A DNA stretch of 64,000 nucleotides from positions 1 to 64,000 of the forward strand of contig NW_026576708.1 in NCBI RefSeq assembly GCF_028641065.1, in the 5' to 3' direction. The notes beneath the pieces are model-generated. The model made no database searches, was not told the origin of the DNA, and was given only the letters and a program-made list of their open reading frames with translations. Below, piece after piece: positions 1 through 11,879 of the stretch. Each line of letters opens with the position of its first letter. Within the stretch, counting starts at the first letter, position 1. A program made the position numbers and the translations under genes. This DNA comes from Leucoraja erinacea. Taxonomy: Eukaryota.

Positions 1-415
1 GAACCGTCCCACCCACAACCAGAGAGCGGGTCCTGAACTACTATCCACCTCATTGGTGACCCTCGTGGACTATCCTTGATCGGACTTTACTGGCTTTACC
101 TTGCACTAAAACGTTATTCCAAAATCATGTTTCATTATGCATTATTCCCTTATCACTACAGACGGCTCGATTGTAATCAAATGAATGAAAGTATGAATGA
201 ATGAATAAGTTTATTGGCCAAGTATTCACATACAAGGAATTTGCCTTGGTGCTCCGCCCGCAAGTAACAACACGACATACAGTAAACAATTAAGACTAAA
301 ACATTATAGTTTAAACAAGTGAGTGAAATAAAATACCAGAGCAAAAGGAGGCTACAGACTTTTGGTTATTGAGTAGAGCAACTACTCGTGGAGGAAAATA
401 TTTTTATTTTAACAT

Positions 416-706
416 ATAACATATAACATATAACAATTACAGCACGGAAAACAGGCCATCTCGGCCCTCCAAGTCCATGCCGAACAAATTGTTTTCCCCT
501 TAGTCCCCCCTGCCTGCACTCGTACCATAACCCTCCATTCCCTTCTCATCCATATGCCTATCCAATTTATTTTTAAATGATACCAATGAACCTGCCTCCA
601 CCACTTCCACTGGGAGCTCATTCCACACCGCCACCACTCTCTGCGTAAAGAAGTTCCCCCTCATATTACCCCTAAACTTCTGTCCCTTAATTCTGAAGTC
701 ATGTCA
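416..706 (-). mobile_element. CR1 LINE 3' end with (GTTAT)n tail
   Basis: Same subfamily as 8940-9545 and 23820-24240. Confidence 0.85.
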
Positions 707-1480
707 TTTTATTAGAAGTAAGTACAATAATATGGTACCATAGATACCTAGTATATATTGGCATGGTACAGTTCATGTACAGCTTCTTATTTTTTATTTT
801 AACAATAAAAAAGGAGACAGAAAAAGAATCAAAATAAATAGAGAAGTGTGGGATATCTGGTTAGCAGGTTAGCCGTGTGTGATATCTGGTTAGCTGACCT
901 GCAGTTCAACAACAACAACAAGTTTTACATCATTCAGCTGCTACAAGACAACGAGGCCCGGCGATACAGCGTCTGGATGCGCTGGGGCAGAGGTCAGGGG
1001 GCAGGGGGCAGCGGCAGAGGTCAGGGGGTGAAGTGGATGGGCGTGAGGAAGGGTGTAAGGGGATGAGGGGGGCATAGAAACATCGAAAAATAGGTGCAGG
1101 AGGAGCCCATTCGAGCCAGCACCGCCATTCATAGAAACATAGAAAATAGGTGCAGGAGGAGGCCTTCGAGCCAGCACCGCCATTCATTGTGATCATGGCT
1201 GATCGTCCCCAATCAATAACCCGTGCCTGCCTTCTCCCCATATCCCTTGATTCCACCAGCCCCTAGAGCTCTATCTCACTCTCTCTTAAATCCATCCAGT
1301 TCATGTACAGCTTCCTATTTTTTATTTTTTTATTTTAACAATAAAAAGGAGACAGGAAAAGAATCAAAATAAATAGAGAAGTGTGTGATATCAGAAAGTG
1401 AGAAATAGAAAACGAGAAAAGAAAGAAAATGAAGTCTGGGTAGAGACCAGAAGAATAAAGGAGAGATAGCTATTTGTTAA
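706..1480 (-). mobile_element. AT-rich L1-like 3' UTR fragment interrupted by the exon duplicate
   Basis: Resembles the L1 3' end at 5878-6300 (TTAGAAGTA..., A-rich runs). A ~90-bp segment occurs at 769-857 and again at 1297-1392. Confidence 0.45.
897..992 (+). pseudogene. PARP2: Displaced duplicate of the PARP2 WGR exon (copy of 4186-4278, continuing into copied intron to ~1298)
   Basis: Reads LQFNNNNKFYIIQLLQDNEARRYSVWMRWGR then GTCAGG. Near-identical to 4186-4278 with one extra AAC and a G>C change. The native acceptor is missing and the copy lies out of order, upstream of the 1831 exon. Confidence 0.85.
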
Positions 1481-1830
1481 AGCTGTTTTTATGTCTGTGC
1501 TGTGGCAGCTTTGACAGTCCGGAGTTGCCTTCCAGAGGGAAGTGATTCAAAGAGTTTGTGGCCAGGGTGAGAGAGGGGGTCAGAGATGATCTTGCCCGCT
1601 CGCTTCCCGGCCATTTGCAGTGTACAGTTCGTCAATGGAGGGAAGGTTGCAGCCGACAACCCTCTCGGTTGATCGAAGGATTCGCTGCAGCCTCCGGATG
1701 TCGTGCTTGGTGGCTGAGTCAAACACGACATGTGCTGCCTTCCCGCTGCCCGCTTAGCAGGCAGCAGAAGCTTTTCACTGTACCTCGCTCGGTACATGTG
1801 GCATTAAACTAACCTGTACACTCTTCCCAG

Positions 1831-1910
1831 GTACTGCAGGTACGGTGAGGACCCTGGTGGTCCAGGGGAAGGCTGCCCTGGACACGGAATGCCGGGAGAA
1901 GCAGGGCAAG
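1831..1910 (+). CDS. PARP2: PARP2 exon (TVRTLVVQGKAALDTECREKQGK)
   Basis: AG/GT boundaries. Matches PARP2 KGKAPVDPECTAKVGK. A second in-frame acceptor would start the exon at 1840. Confidence 0.9.
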
Positions 1911-2069
1911 GTACGGACACAGGGTGTGGGGGGGGGGGGGGGGGGGGGGGGTTTTGAGAGGGAGGGGGCGCAGGGGAAGTTGGGCAGAGACCCTGAACAC
2001 TGACCCCAGCCACATCGCAACAACGGCCAAGAAACCACACCACCGCCTCCACTCCCTCACAAGGCTGAC

Positions 2070-2557
2070 AAAGTTCGGCTCAACTTACAAACTTCACAAG
2101 TGATAGCAGCAGACTTAGGCCATTCTGCCCATCTAGTCTACTCTGCCATTCAATCATGGCTGATCTATCTCTCCCTCCCAACCCCATTCTCCTGCCTTCT
2201 CCCCGTAACCTGTAACCACCCGGACTAATCAATAATCTATCTATCTCTGCCTTAAATAAATCCACTGACTTGGCCTCCACAGCCGTCTTTGGCAAAGAAT
2301 CCCACAGATTCACCGCCCTCTGACTAAAGAAATTCCTCCTCATCCCCTTCCTAAAGGAACGTCCTTTAATTCTGAGACTGTGCCCTCTAGTCCTGGACTC
2401 TCCCACTAGTGGAAACATCCCCTCCACATCCACTCTATCCAGGCCTTTCACTATTCGGTAAGTTTCAATGAGGTCTCCCTTCATTCTTCTAAACTCCAGC
2501 GAGTACAGGCCCAGTGCCGTCAAACGCTCATCATATGTCAACCCACTCATTCCTGGA
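2070..2557 (-). mobile_element. CR1 LINE 3' fragment
   Basis: LGLYSLEFRRMKGDLIE..TRGHSLRI..FFSQR.VNLW motif of the CR1 ORF2 end. Confidence 0.9.
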
Positions 2558-3203
2558 TTCATTCTCTTAGGCGCAGTGGTAGAGTTGTTCCCCTACAGCG
2601 CCAGAAACCTGGGTTATCTCCGAGATCTTCACTTTCCTCCCATATTCCAAAGACGTGCGGGCTTGTAGGTTAATTGGTTCGGTGAAATTGTAACAAAAAT
2701 GTCCCTAGTGGGTGTAGGATAGTGTTAGTGTGTGAGAATCGATGGTCAGCAGGTACTCTGTGGGCTGAAGGGCCCTTTACCGTGCTGTATCTCTAAAGTC
2801 ACCTAAACTAAACGCCCAGAACAATTCCCGGAGAAAACCCACGCGGTCACGGGGAGAACGTGCAAACTCCGTACAGACAACACCCGCAGTCGGGATAGAA
2901 CCCGGGTCTCCGGCGCTGTGAGGCGGCGACTCTACCGCTGCGCCACCATAGGGGTGATGGGGGGGGAGCAACATTACCAGACACTTCCACCCCCCCCCCG
3001 TCACGGGACGGGAACTGAGAAGAGGGTCGACGTGAGTGGGGGGAGGGAAGGGTTTCCTCGACGTACCGTGAGGGGAGATGGGAATGGAGGACCTGAATGG
3101 CAGGGGGGGGGGGGAATGAGTGGGTATCATAAACTGTGTTGGGGACACGGCCCGGGAAAGTGATGTCTTGGCACCCCCTTCTGACCTCCCCCCCCCCCCA
3201 CAG

Positions 3204-3254
3204 GCACACGTCTACTGTGAAGGGGACGATGTTTACGACGCGCTCCTCAACCAG
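3204..3254 (+). CDS. PARP2: PARP2 exon (AHVYCEGDDVYDALLNQ), start of WGR domain
   Basis: cag|GCA...CAG|gtaaga; matches AHVYCEGNDVYDVMLNQ. Confidence 0.95.
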
Positions 3255-3309
3255 GTAAGACCCCTACACCTTCCTCCAGGGTCTACACTCACCCCCCCTC
3301 CCCCTGTTA

Positions 3310-3760
3310 GGCTAGAGGCTCTGAGCTACTGGGAGAGGTTGAGCAGGGCTGGGTCTCTATTCCTTGGAGCACAGGAGGATGAGGGGTGATCTTATAGAGG
3401 TGTACAAAATCATGAGAGGAATAGATCGGGTAGATGCACAGAGTCTCTTGCCCAGAGTAGGGGAATCGAGGACCAGAGGACACAGGTTTAAGGTGAGGGG
3501 GGAAAGATTTACTAGGAACCTGAGGGGTAACTTTTCCACACAGAGGGTGGTGGGTGTGTGGAACGAGCTGCCAGAGGAGGTAGTTGAGGCAAATACTATC
3601 CCAATGTTTCAGAAACATTTAGACAGGTACATGGATAGGTCAAGCTTAGAAGGATATGGGCCAAACGCAGGCAGGTGGGACTAGTGTAGACGGGGCATGT
3701 TGGCCGGTGTGGGAAAGTTGGGCCGAAGGGCCTGTTTCCATGCTTCGTGACTATGTCCCT
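3310..3760 (+). mobile_element. CR1 LINE 3' fragment
   Basis: RRMRGDLIEVYKIMRGIDRV..TRGHRFK..WNELPEEVV. Confidence 0.9.
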
Positions 3761-4181
3761 GTAATTCTTTGACTGTCTGTGTGTCTCTGTGGCTGTGTGT
3801 CTCTGTGACTGTGACTGTGTGGCAAATAAAATTAAAGATAGCGGAGTCAGGGGATATGGGGAGAAGGCAGGAACGGGGTACTGATTGTGGATGATCAGCC
3901 ATGATAACATTGAATGGGTCGAATGGCCTCTAGTTGCTGGCTCGAAGGGCCGAATGGCCTCTACTCCTGCACCTATTGTCTATTGTACATTGTCAAATTC
4001 CTTGTATGTTGCCAAACATACTTGGCTACTAAAGTATGATTATGAGGGTCTCGACCCGAAACGTCACCTATTCCTTCGCTCCATAGATGCTGCCTCACCT
4101 GCTGAGTTCCTCCAGCATTTTTTTGTCTACCTACTGTAAATGATCTAATAAATGTGATTTTCTTTTTTTCCCAAAAACCAG

Positions 4182-4278
4182 ACGAACCTGCAGTTCAACA
4201 ACAACAAGTTTTACATCATTCAGCTGCTACAAGACAACGAGGCCCGGGGATACAGCGTCTGGATGCGCTGGGGCAGAG
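4182..4278 (+). CDS. PARP2: PARP2 exon (TNLQFNNNKFYIIQLLQDNEARGYSVWMRWGR), WGR domain
   Basis: Canonical splice sites, WGR motif, phase compatible with neighbouring exons. Confidence 0.95.
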
Positions 4279-4384
4279 GTCAGGGGGCAGGGGGCAGAGC
4301 GGGGGGTGAGGGGATGGGACGAGGGCAGAGGTCAGGGGGTGAAGTGGATGGGCGAGAGGAAGGGTGTAAGGGGATGAGGGGTGC

Positions 4385-5340
4385 ATAGAAACATAGAAAA
4401 ATAGGTGCAGGAGAAGCCCTTTCGAGCCAGCCACCCGCCATTCATTATGATCATGGCTGATCGTCCCCAATCAATAACCCGCGCCTGCCTTCTCCCCATA
4501 TCCCTTGATTCCACTAGCCCCTAGAGCTCTATCTCACTCTCTCTTAAATCCATCCATCCACGCTGCACTGCCTCAATCACAAGGATGTCCTTCCTTAAAT
4601 TAGGAGACCAAAACTGTACACAGTACTCCAGATGTGGTCTCACCAGAGCCCTATACAACTGCAGAAGAAACTCTTTACTCCTATACTGAGATCCTCTTGT
4701 TATGAAGGCCACCATTCCATTAGCTTTCTTCACTGGCTGCTGTACCTGCACGCCAACTTTCAGTGACTAGTGTATAAGGACACCCAGGTCTCACTGTGAT
4801 CATGATATGAAAATGGCTGATCATCCGGAATCAGTTCCCCTTTCCTGCTTTCTCCCCATATACCTTGATTCCGTTAGCGCTAAAAGCTAAATCTGACTCT
4901 CTCTTGAAAACATCCAGTGAATTGGCTTCCGCTGCCTTCTGTGGCAGAGAATGGGTGAAAAAGTTTTTCCTCATCTCAGTCCTAAATGGCCAACCCCTTC
5001 CCTTATTCACTGTGTGACCCCTGTTTCTGGATTCCCTCAACATCGGGAACATTTCTCCTGCATCTAGCCTGTCCAACCTCTTGAGAATTTTACATGTTTC
5101 TATAAGATCCTCTCTCATCCTAAATTCCAGTGAATACAAGCCCAGTCGCTCCATTCTTTCATCATATGTCAGTCCCGCCATCCCGGGAATTAACCTGGTG
5201 AACCTACGCTGCACTCCCTCAATAGCAAGAATGTCCTTCCTCAAGTTTAGAGACCAAAACTGCACACAATGCTCCAGGTGTGGTCTCACCGGTGCCCTGT
5301 ACAACTGCAGAAGGACCTCCCTTACCCCTAAACTCAAATC
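4385..5340 (-). mobile_element. Stacked CR1 fragments
   Basis: RPHLEYCVQFWSP motif twice; CR1 tail. Confidence 0.85.
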
Positions 5341-5542
5341 CTCTCTCTCTGAAGGCCAAAATGCCATTGGCCTTCTTCGGGGATGAGACGGTGAGGGGTC
5401 GGGGGTGAGGGGTCGGTGCGGAGGTGAGGGGTCGTGTACGGAGGTGACCGGTCGGGGGGCGGAGGTGAGGGGTTGTGGACGTAGGTGAGGGGCCGGTCTC
5501 TGCGCAAGAAACCAGAGAGCAATGGTTGACAAGGGACTAGAC

Positions 5543-5799
5543 CAGGGATGGGGAACCTTTTCCTGTTGGAAGGCCGCATTAAGTTAGCTGTAACAAGGCC
5601 GCATCCAAGAAACTCCAATTAGATATAGGATTATTTTGTTGAATCCTTTTACTCTTTGGTATTTTAAATACGTTCATTTTAAGATTAAAATAAAAATAAT
5701 AAAAGACAAACAAAAACATATTAATAAGAATAAAAGGATTTGTTCTACATAGTTTGGATTCAGGCTGCACTTAATGGCCTAGAAGGTTCCCCATCCCTG
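5543..5799. mobile_element. hAT (Charlie-type) MITE
   Basis: Perfect 17-bp TIR CAGGGATGGGGAACCTT; perfect 8-bp TSD GACTAGAC (5535-5542 and 5800-5807). Confidence 0.92.
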
Positions 5800-5877
5800 G
5801 ACTAGACCGAGGGGTATTAAGGGAATAGATGGGGTAAACGGGGGTCGATGGAGGAGGTATTAATGGTACACAGGAGG

Positions 5878-6587
5878 TTTTTATTTTTTTTTTATTTTTT
5901 TTAATTTTTTATTTGTATTAGAAGTACGGTAAATTACAATACTACACAACACATATATCTTAATACATTTTTTGTACCGCTTCATTTTTTTTGGAGCTTT
6001 AAGAAAAAGATAGAAGTAAAGAAAGTAAAGAAAGTGCGCAAGAGTCGTGAAGTGCAAGAGTGTTGGGAAAAGAAAGCCCCTTAGAAAAGAAGTTAGAGAA
6101 GGAAGTAAAGTGAGAAAGTAGACCCTAGAAAAGAAAGAAAAAGAAAATAGGAACAATCGCTCTATTATAACATTAAACTCCGCAGAAAGGGGACTACCAA
6201 CCAAGTCTGTTTTTGTTGTTTTACCTCCCGTTACCAGGTCCTGATACCATTTATTTAATTATTTATTTTTAAAAATTACTATTGCACCTCATACTTGTAA
6301 TAGGTCCAGAAACATAGACCACGTCTTTTGGAATTGGTCTGCTTTACCTGCTAAGAGGAATCTCATCTCTTCCAGATGTAATGTTTCAAACATATTTGAT
6401 ATCCACATTTTTATTGTTGGTGTGGGCGCATTTTTCCAGAATTTTAAGTATAAGCTTTTTTCCCATTATTAGCCCGTAATTGAATAAATTCTTCTGAAAC
6501 ACGTTTAGTTCAGGGTTGCCTTCCGACATGCCAAAAATAATCCATTCTGGTTTTGGTACCAGTTTTATTTTGATTAATTTTGAAACA
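5878..6587 (-). mobile_element. L1-clade LINE 3' fragment (ORF2 C-terminus, 3' UTR, poly-A)
   Basis: Minus strand reads ..PEWIIFGMSE..GKKLILK/FWKNAPTPTIKMWISNMFETLHLEEMRF..FQKTWSMFL; A-rich tail at 5878-5911. Confidence 0.8.
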
Positions 6588-6875
6588 CAGGGGTATGAAC
6601 AGGATAAAGCGGATCAGTAGGGGGGGGGGGGGGGGTTATTAATAGGAGAGAGCGGAGTAACAAGGGACTTGAGTGAGGGGGGTATTAATGGTATAGGGGT
6701 GTTACCTATGAACCAGTAGACTCAATGGGCCGAATGGCCTAATTCTGCTCCTAGAACCAATGAACAAGGGTCGATGGAGGGGGGGGAGAGGGGAAAGATA
6801 TCAAGCAGGACGGGGTTGTGGGACGATTGTTGATGGTGAAGCTGGAGTTAATGAGGTATCCACCTTCCTTTACAG

Positions 6876-6951
6876 TGGGCAAAGTGGGGCAGAATAATCT
6901 AATCCCGTGCGGACCCGACCTGCAGAAAGCCAAGGACATCTTCGAGAAAAA
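6876..6951 (+). CDS. PARP2: PARP2 exon (VGKVGQNNLIPCGPDLQKAKDIFEK)
   Basis: tacag|...|gtgggt; matches PARP2. Confidence 0.95.
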
Positions 6952-7565
6952 GTGGGTGGAAGCGGTCATGCGCGGGGTCAGGCACGGGGTGAAGCTCCCG
7001 CCGCCACCGTCCCGTCTCACACGCGCGCGCTCCCGGGGACAGGGTCAGGGTCAGGGACGGGGAGAAGTGGGAGCACTCTCCGCACTGGCCCGAACGAGGA
7101 GTCAAGTACAGAGCCCTAGTGAGACCATGCCTGGAGTATCGTGTGCAGTTTTGGTCCCCTAATTTGAGGAAGGACATCCTTGCTATTGAGGGAGCCCAGC
7201 GTAGGTTCACCAGGTTAATTCCCGGGGTGGCGGGACTGTCACATGCTGAGAGAATGGAGCGGCTGGGCTTGTACACTCTGCTCGTTTAGAAGGATGAGAG
7301 GGGATTTCATAGCAACACATACAATTCTTAAGGGGCTTGGACACGCTAGAGGCAGGAAACATGTTCCCGATGTTGGGGGAGTCCAGAACCAGGGGCCACA
7401 CACAGTTTAAGAATAAGGGGTCGGCCAATTAGGACTGAGATGAGGGAAAACATTTTCGCCCAGAGAGTTGTGAATAGACAACTATTGGTGAAGCCCCCCT
7501 CCGTCCCGCCCCGTCCTGTCCCGTCCCGTCGCACACTGACCTGTCCCCTCCTCTCCGGACACCAG

Positions 7566-7677
7566 GTTTGCCGACAAGACGAAGAATGAGTGGGCCGACC
7601 GAGAGTACTTCGAGAAGGTGGCTGGCAAGTACGACATGTTGACGTTGGATTACAGCGGGGATTCCACCGGGAAGCAG
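7566..7677 (+). CDS. PARP2: PARP2 exon (FADKTKNEWADREYFEKVAGKYDMLTLDYSGDSTGKQ)
   Basis: KF.DKT.N.W..R..F.KV.GKYD motif; canonical splice sites. Confidence 0.95.
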
Positions 7678-7869
7678 GTGATTATCTGACGGGTGCACGC
7701 CCCTTCAATGTCCCCGCTTGCGAGGTCTCCTCAATGCCCCCCCCTCGCACGCCCCCTTAGCTACCCACCCAGTGTGGTCATTGTAGGTAGACAAAAATGA
7801 TGGAGAATCTCAGCGGGTGAGGCAGCATCCATGGAGCAAAGGAAATAGGTGACGTTTCGGGTCGAGACA

Positions 7870-8388
7870 TAGGACATTATTGCCATAGAGGGAGTGCAGA
7901 GAAGGTTCACCAGACTGATTCCTGGGATGTCAGGACTGTCTTATGAAGAAAGACTGGATAGACTTGGTTTATACTCTCTAGAAGTTAGGAGATTGAGAGG
8001 GGATCTTATAGAAACTTACAAAATACTTAAGGGGTTGGACAGGCTAGATGCAGGAAGATTGTTCCCGATGTTGGGGAAGTCCAGGACAAGGGGTCACAGC
8101 TTAAGGATAAGGGGAAAATCCTTTAAAACCGAGATGAGAAGAACTTTTTTCACGCAGAGAGTGGTGAATCTCTGGAACTCTCTGCCACAGACGGTAGTTG
8201 AGGCCAGTTCATTGGCTATATTTAAGAGGGAGTTAGATGTGGCCCTTGTGGCTAAGGGGATCAGGGGGTATGGAGAGAAGGCAGGTACGGGATACTGAGT
8301 TGAATGATCAGCCATGATCATATTAAATGGCGGTGCAGGCTCGAAGGGCCGAATGGCCTACACCTGCACCTAATTTCTATGTTTCTAT
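7870..8388 (+). mobile_element. CR1 3' fragment inserted into a Penelope-type terminal motif
   Basis: ORF 7894-8298; (TTCTATGT)n tail; host sequence GGGTCGAGAC...GAGACCCTTCTTCAG is split with GAGAC duplicated. Confidence 0.9.
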
Positions 8389-8474
8389 GAGACCCTTCTT
8401 CAGACTGACGTGAGGGTGGGGCGGGAACTGGCTGGGGTGCAAACTGCCCAAGCGAAATATGATGCCTCCTCCCC

Positions 8475-9545
8475 ATAACCCCTGACATCCACACTAATCA
8501 AGAAACTATCTTATGTCTGCCTTAAAAATATCCACTGACTTGTCCGTCTGTGGCAGAGAATTCCACAGATTCACCACCCTCTGACTAAAGAAATTCCTCC
8601 TCATCTGCTTCCTAAAAGAACGTCCTTTAATTCTGAGGCTGTGCCCTCTGGCCCTAGACTCTCCCACTAGTGGAAACATCCTCTCCACATCCACTCTGTC
8701 CAGTCCTTTCACTATTCTGCACGTTTCAATGAGGTCCCCACCTCATCCTTCTAAACTCCAGTGAGTACAGGCCCAGTGCCGTCAAACGCTCATCGTATGT
8801 TAACCCACTCATTCCTGGGAACATTCTTGTGAACCTCCTCTGGACCCTCCCCAGAGCCGGCACACCCTTCCTCAGATACGGGGCATGATGGGAGAGGGGG
8901 GAAGAGGGAGAGGAAGAGGAAGAGGGAATCCATTGTACTTGATAACCATATAACATATAACAATTACAGCACGGAAACAGGCCATCTCGGCCCTACAAGT
9001 CCGTGCAGAACAAATTTTTTTTTCCCCTTAGTCCCACCTGCCTGCACTCATACCATAACCCTCCATTCCCTTCTCATCCATATGCCTATCCAATTTATTT
9101 TTAAATGATACCAATGAACCTGCCTCCACCACTTCCACTGGAAGCTCATTCCACACCGCTACCACTCTCAAAGTAAAGAAGTCCCCCCTCATGTTACCCC
9201 TAAACTTCTGTCCCTTCATTCTGAAGTCATGTCCCCTTGTTTGAATCCTCCCTATTCTCAAAGGGAAAAGCTTGTCCACATCAACTCTGTCTATCCCTCT
9301 CATCATTTTAAAGACCTCTATCAAGTCCCCCTTTAACCTTCTGCGCTCCAGAGAATAAAGACCTAACTTATTCAACCTTTCTCTGTAACTTAGTTGTTGA
9401 AACCCAGGCAACATTCTAGTAAATCTCCTCTGTGCTCTCTCTATTTTGTTGACATCCTTCCTATAATTGGGCGACCAAAATTGTACACCATACTCCAGAA
9501 TTGGTCTCACCAATGCCTTGTACAATTTTAACATTACATTGATGA
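8475..9545 (-). mobile_element. Two CR1 3' fragments (8475-8880 and 8940-9545)
   Basis: CR1 ORF2 C-terminal peptides in the ORF track. Confidence 0.88.
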
Positions 9546-9966
9546 TGCCGCTGGCCTTGCCAAGGCAGCGTGAGGTGCAGATGGAGTCGATGGGAGGGAG
9601 GTCGGTTTGTGTGCCGGTCTGTGCTGCGTCCACAGGAGTCAAGGGAAGAGCGTGCAACCTCCACGCAGACAGAGAGTGGCGGGGGCAGGGGGGGGGTGGG
9701 TGGCGGGGTTGGAGCCGGGGGGGGGGGGGGGGGGGGGCGGGGGAGCTGATGGAGAAACAGGGGGCGGGAGAGGGGGGGTGAGCAGAAGGCGAAGAGGTGA
9801 AGGGGGGTGGGTGGGTGAGCTGGGCGGTGCTCTCTTTTGCAGGTGGGGGGCGGGGCGGGGGACAGAGGGGGTGGGGTGGGGGAGGGGGGGTGGGGGGGGG
9901 CTGGGGGGGGCTACACGAGCTGACGCAGAGTATGGGGCAGCTAACGACGGTGCCTGTGTTTTGCAG

Positions 9967-10117
9967 GAGGAGGGAGCGGGGCGTGAGGAGGGGGCGGCGG
10001 AGGTGGATTCGAAGTTGGACCAGCGGCTGCAGGAGCTGGTGGCCCTGATCTGTGACATCCGCGCCATGGAGGAGACCATGCTGCAGATGAAGTACGACAC
10101 CAGGAAAGCCCCCCTGG
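9967..10117 (+). CDS. PARP2: PARP2 exon (..DSKLDQRLQELVALICDIRAMEETMLQMKYDTRKAPL), start of helical regulatory domain
   Basis: ttgcag|...|gtgagt; matches SQLDLRVQELIKLICNVQAMEE. Confidence 0.95.
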
Positions 10118-10617
10118 GTGAGTGAGGGGGGGGGGCGGGGAGGAGACCCTATCCACACCCCTCCCCACACTTCCCCCTTCACTCCCGATGGACCCTCCCC
10201 TTCACTCCCCACCCTTCCCCCTCTCTTCCACGGACCCCTCCCGTTCCCCTTCACTGCCCACCCATTGCATTTCACTTCTTCCTAATGGGTCGGAGGTGCA
10301 AAAAGGACGAGGCGGTTCTGGTGCAGGATTCCCAAAAGGTCAATTTGCAGGTTACCTCTTTCTTCACCCTCTATCTCTCTCTTTCTCCCCCTCTTTCTCT
10401 CTCTCAATCTGTCCCTCCATCTCTCTCTCTCTCTCTGTCTCTCTCTCTCTCTCACCATCTTTCTCCCTCTCCATCTCTCTCTCTATCCCTCCTTCTCCCA
10501 TTTTCTCCGTCCCTCTCCACGTCTCTCTCTCCCTCTTTCTCTCTCCATCTTTCTCTTTCTCCGTCTCCCCGTCTCTCTCACTTCATCTTTCTCTCCCCTC
10601 TCTCTCCCCCCTGGCAG

Positions 10618-10756
10618 GGAAGCTGACGGCTGACCAGATCCGGGCGGGCTACAGTTCCCTGCGTAAGATTGAGGACTGCCTGAAGGGGAATGTGTTGGGC
10701 CGGCCGCTGCTGGAGGCCTGCAACGAGTTCTACACCCGCATCCCCCACGACTTTGG
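10618..10756 (+). CDS. PARP2: PARP2 exon (GKLTADQIRAGYSSLRKIEDC...NEFYTRIPHDFG)
   Basis: FYTRIPHDFG signature; canonical splice sites. Confidence 0.96.
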
Positions 10757-10844
10757 GTGAGGGCCGACCCTGGACGGGGGGGTTGGGGTGTCACAGATGA
10801 CGCCGGGATCATTCCCCCTAGAGAGCGGGGGGGCAAAACACACA

Positions 10845-11143
10845 ACTTAGTTTAGTTTGGAGATACAGCTCGGAAACAGGCCCTTCGGCCCACCGAGTCC
10901 GTGCCGACCAGCGATCCCTGCGTTATCCTACACACAACACACATAAGGGACAATTGACATTGATGCCGAGCCGATTAACTATGTACGTCTTAGTGGAGAG
11001 TGTGGGAGGAAACCGGAGCACCCGGAGAAAACCCATACAGGTCACGGGGAGAACATGCAAACTCCGTGCAGACAGTACCCGTGGCCAGGATCGAACCTGG
11101 TTCTCTGGCGCTGTGAGGCAGCAACTCTACCCGCTACGCCACC
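10845..11143 (-). mobile_element. tRNA-derived SINE (HE1-like)
   Basis: A-box-like GGTGGCGTAGCGG and B-box GGTTCGATCC on minus; CR1-like 3' end with (AAACT)n tail. Confidence 0.85.
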
Positions 11144-11740
11144 GCGCTGTTCCCCCCCGGATATCAGGAACACAGCGCGATCCCGGGGGCATTTCCCCTG
11201 GATAATGGGGGGGGGGGGGCATCGCGTGCTCCAGGGAATGTTTCCTCCGGAAAACAGGAGCAGGGCGCGATCTGGGGACACTGCGCGCCCTCGTGAAAGT
11301 TCCCCGCCCCCCCCCCTTCCCCGGAGAAAAGGGACAGAGTGGGCTTCCAACAACTCCCCCACCCCGGAGAGTGGATGCCGCTCCTTGGACCAGAGGTTTA
11401 TGGAGGGGGAGGTGGGGGAAGAGAGAGCAGAGGGAATAGAGGGGCGGGGGGGGGGGGGGAATGTCATTGTATACATGTATACCCACACACGCATGCACAC
11501 TCCCCACACACACACACACGCGCGCAAGGGGGAGGTGAGGAGGGACTGGGGGGTAATGTGGAGGGAAGGGAATGGGAGGACGGAGGGAGAGGGGGGAAGA
11601 GGGGAGGGTGAGGGAGGGAATATAACGGTGGGAACTGGGGCAGAGACGGGGGGGGGGAGGGGGTACCCTGCCGACGGGCCGTCTCTTCCCTCACTAATCC
11701 CCCCCCCCCCCCCCCGTCACCTCACCCCCCTACCCCACAG

Positions 11741-11805
11741 GTTGAAGACCTCCACCGCTGATCCGCAGCAAGAAGGAACTACAGGAGAAAATCAGCCTTC
11801 TGGAG
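11741..11805 (+). CDS. PARP2: PARP2 exon (L..PPLIRSKKELQEKISLLE), with an apparent +1 frameshift near its start
   Basis: cacag|...GAG|gtaacc; 65 nt where 64 would keep the frame. Confidence 0.88.
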
Positions 11806-11879
11806 GTAACCTTCGACCCCTCTCCGACCCCTGCCCTCCCCCCCGCTCTCGACCTCCGACCCCTGCTCCCTTTGCACTC

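Noticed and set aside
5388-5495. GAGGTGAGGGGTCG-type minisatellite
   Set aside because: Short intronic degenerate tandem repeat with no sign of function.
9028-10275. 415-aa minus-strand ORF
   Set aside because: Chance fusion of the antisense PARP2 exon, low-complexity DNA and a CR1 ORF2 end.
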